Assembly: GCF_900232105.1 (NCBI RefSeq)
Contig: NZ_LT934425.1
Coordinates: 4,290,001 to 4,322,000, forward strand
Length of the DNA: 32,000 nt
Reading direction: 5' to 3'
From: Candidatus Kuenenia stuttgartensis
Lineage (GTDB): Bacteria; Planctomycetota; Brocadiia; Brocadiales; Brocadiaceae
Shown here: piece by piece, positions 30,141-32,000 of the stretch
Numbering within the stretch: the stretch's first letter is position 1
How the letters are laid out: every line of letters begins with the position of its first letter
Notes under the pieces: generated by a model
Databases searched by the model: none
What the model was told of the DNA's origin: nothing
Seen by the model: the letters and a program-made list of their open reading frames with translations, nothing else
Position numbers and translations under genes: made by a program

Positions 30141-31993
30141 CGGATGTTCACCCCTGCCAAAACGCATAAGTGCTTAATAAATAGTTGGTTAAGGCTGTAT
30201 TTTTAATAAATATGTAGTCACTAATATATTGTTATTATACGACAATATACTTGACGGATAATGGTTGTTATCTGTACAATGGTGGACATGCATATTGTAG
30301 AGAACAAGTCAAAATCCGGTAAAAAAATCTATCGATCTACCCTTCTGCGGGAATCGTACCGTGAGGATGGGAAGGTCAAGAAACGCACCATTGCGAATCT
30401 GTCGAATTGCACTCCCCTGGAGATTGAAGCGATAAGACTTGCACTCGCACATAAAGACGATCTCTGTGCATTGGGCGCATTGTCAGAATCGGTGAAACTC
30501 CATGAGGGTTTGTCTGTGGGAGCAGCGTGGAGCGTGTACCAAGTGGCAAAGGAATTAGGGATAGAAGAGGCATTGGGAAAGGACTTTGAAGGAAAGCTGG
30601 CGCTTTGGCAAGTAATGGCAAGGGTAATAGGCCAGGGGTCAAGACTGTCTGCAGTAAGGCTGGCGCAGATACATGCTGCGGGTGACGTCCTGGATATGAA
30701 GCGTGGGTTTGACGAGAACAATCTGTACGATAATTTGTCATGGTTGTCAGAGAATCAGGCAAAGATAGAGCGAAAGCTGTTTGAGTTAAGACGAGGAGGC
30801 AATAAGCCGAAGTTGTTTTTGTATGACGTGACGAGCAGTTATTTAGAGGGGAAGTCGAATCATTTTGGTGAGTACGGGTATAATCGTGACGGCAAAAAGA
30901 GGAAAAAACAGATAGTGATCGGTATGCTTTGTGATGAATCCGGGGAGCCGGTATCAACAGAAGTATTTAGGGGCAACACCCAGGATCCGAAGACCTTTGA
31001 ATCTCAGGTAAAGAAGGTATTAGAGCGGTTTGGATGCAAAGATGTAACGATTGTAGGAGATCGTGGGATGATCAAGACGGTGCAAATCGAAAGTTTACCG
31101 GAAGGGTTTCATTACATAACGGCGATAACCAAGCCGCAGATAGAGTCGTTGATAAATAAAGGGATACTGCAATTAGGATTGTTCGAAGAAAAGCTCTGCG
31201 AGATAAAGGATGATGAGGTTCGATATATTCTGAGGCGCAATCCGGTAAGGGCGGAAGAGATGTCAAAGACCCGTGTATCAAAATTACAGAGTATAGAGAA
31301 ATACATCGCGAAGAAGAACAGTTATCTGAAGGAACATCCTAAGTCGTCAGTATCGAAGGCACTGGAAACAACAAGGGAAAGGCTAACGAGATTGAAACTT
31401 GATGGGTGGGTGCAGATAAAAGAAGAGGATAGGACGCTAAAGATAGAGAGAGATGAGGAAGCATTAAAGGAGGCATCATACCTTGATGGTTGTTACGCAA
31501 TCAAGACTGATCTTGAGGAGAACGAGGCGGATACCAATCTGGTACATGAACGATACAAGGATTTAACGGAAGTGGAGAAGGCGTTTCGGGACTGTAAGAC
31601 GGTGAATTTGGAGGTTCGTCCGGTGTATGTAAGAAAGGAGGATAGTACACGGGGACATGTGTTTGTGGTAATGCTTGCGTACATGATAATTCGAAGGCTG
31701 CGCAGAGCGTGGAAGAATTTTGACTTGACGGTAGAGGAAGGTCTCGCACAATTGACGACCATTTGTTCGATGGAAGTAACAATCAAAGGCCAAAAAGCTA
31801 GTTGCCAGAAGATCCCGCGTCCGCGGCAACAATCACATGAATTATTAGAGGCATTACAGATAAAGTTGCCAGAAGTATTGCCAAGCCGGAACATACGGGT
31901 AGTCACTAGAAAAAAGCTTGCTGTTCGGCGTAAAAGTCAATAAATATAAGGCTTTTACGGCACTTTTGTTTTTTGACTTGGGGTGAACATCCG
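30141..31993 (+). mobile_element. Complete IS1634-family insertion sequence
   Basis: Perfect 14-bp terminal inverted repeats CGGATGTTCACCCC (30141..30154; RC of 31980..31993). Perfect 6-bp direct repeat TTCTAT at 30135..30140 and 31994..31999. Confidence 0.9.
30261..31943 (+). CDS. IS1634-family transposase (560 aa)
   Basis: KKIYRSTLLRESYREDGKVKKRTIANLSNCTPLEIEAIRLAL; LFLYDVTSSYLEGKSNHFGEYGYNRDGKKRKKQIVIGML; HERYKDLTEVEKAFRDCKTVNLEVRPVYVRKEDSTRGHVFVVMLAYMI. Confidence 0.95.
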   Translation: MVVICTMVDMHIVENKSKSGKKIYRSTLLRESYREDGKVKKRTIANLSNCTPLEIEAIRLALAHKDDLCALGALSESVKLHEGLSVGAAWSVYQVAKELGIEEALGKDFEGKLALWQVMARVIGQGSRLSAVRLAQIHAAGDVLDMKRGFDENNLYDNLSWLSENQAKIERKLFELRRGGNKPKLFLYDVTSSYLEGKSNHFGEYGYNRDGKKRKKQIVIGMLCDESGEPVSTEVFRGNTQDPKTFESQVKKVLERFGCKDVTIVGDRGMIKTVQIESLPEGFHYITAITKPQIESLINKGILQLGLFEEKLCEIKDDEVRYILRRNPVRAEEMSKTRVSKLQSIEKYIAKKNSYLKEHPKSSVSKALETTRERLTRLKLDGWVQIKEEDRTLKIERDEEALKEASYLDGCYAIKTDLEENEADTNLVHERYKDLTEVEKAFRDCKTVNLEVRPVYVRKEDSTRGHVFVVMLAYMIIRRLRRAWKNFDLTVEEGLAQLTTICSMEVTIKGQKASCQKIPRPRQQSHELLEALQIKLPEVLPSRNIRVVTRKKLAVRRKSQ

Positions 31994-32000
31994 TTCTATG

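Noticed and set aside
30329-31906. Multiple minus-strand ORFs opposite the IS1634 transposase (up to 193 aa)
   Set aside because: Low-complexity Ser/Pro/Leu-rich shadow translations of a well-supported plus-strand transposase.
1-32000. Search for CRISPR arrays, tRNAs, rRNAs and defence or toxin-antitoxin modules
   Set aside because: No regularly spaced repeats, no tRNA- or rRNA-like segments noticed by eye, and no recognisable defence gene. Not excluded computationally; tRNAscan-SE, Infernal and DefenseFinder would be decisive.

Overview
This AT-rich window looks like part of an anammox-type planctomycete (Brocadiales) chromosome; that taxonomy is an inference from gene content. The central feature is a minus-strand respiratory complex I operon (nuoA-B-CD-E-F-G-H-I-J-K-L-M-N, 6460..21630). 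Upstream of nuoA lies a fused cytochrome-b / sulfite-oxidase-type molybdopterin protein (21933..23603). Downstream of nuoN is an osmoprotectant-type ABC transporter, made of an ATPase and a fused substrate-binding/permease protein (3855..6121). Both flanks are mobile-element graveyards: an IS1634-type end at the left edge, an IS1380-like relic, a broken REP-associated (Y1) transposase, an ISL3 element nested in an IS4/IS701-like transposase, two further IS1634-type transposases, an ISAs1 relic and a probable group II intron relic. The best second-look items are: (i) the only large gap in the nuo operon (13812..14310) holds relics of an FMN-reductase start and a group II-type reverse transcriptase 3' end, with a 24-nt REP-like insertion; (ii) a decayed second copy of the 3' end of the cytochrome-b/molybdopterin gene at 2437..2645; (iii) two IS insertions resolvable from terminal inverted repeats and target duplications. 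I found no convincing defence system, CRISPR array, tRNA or rRNA.
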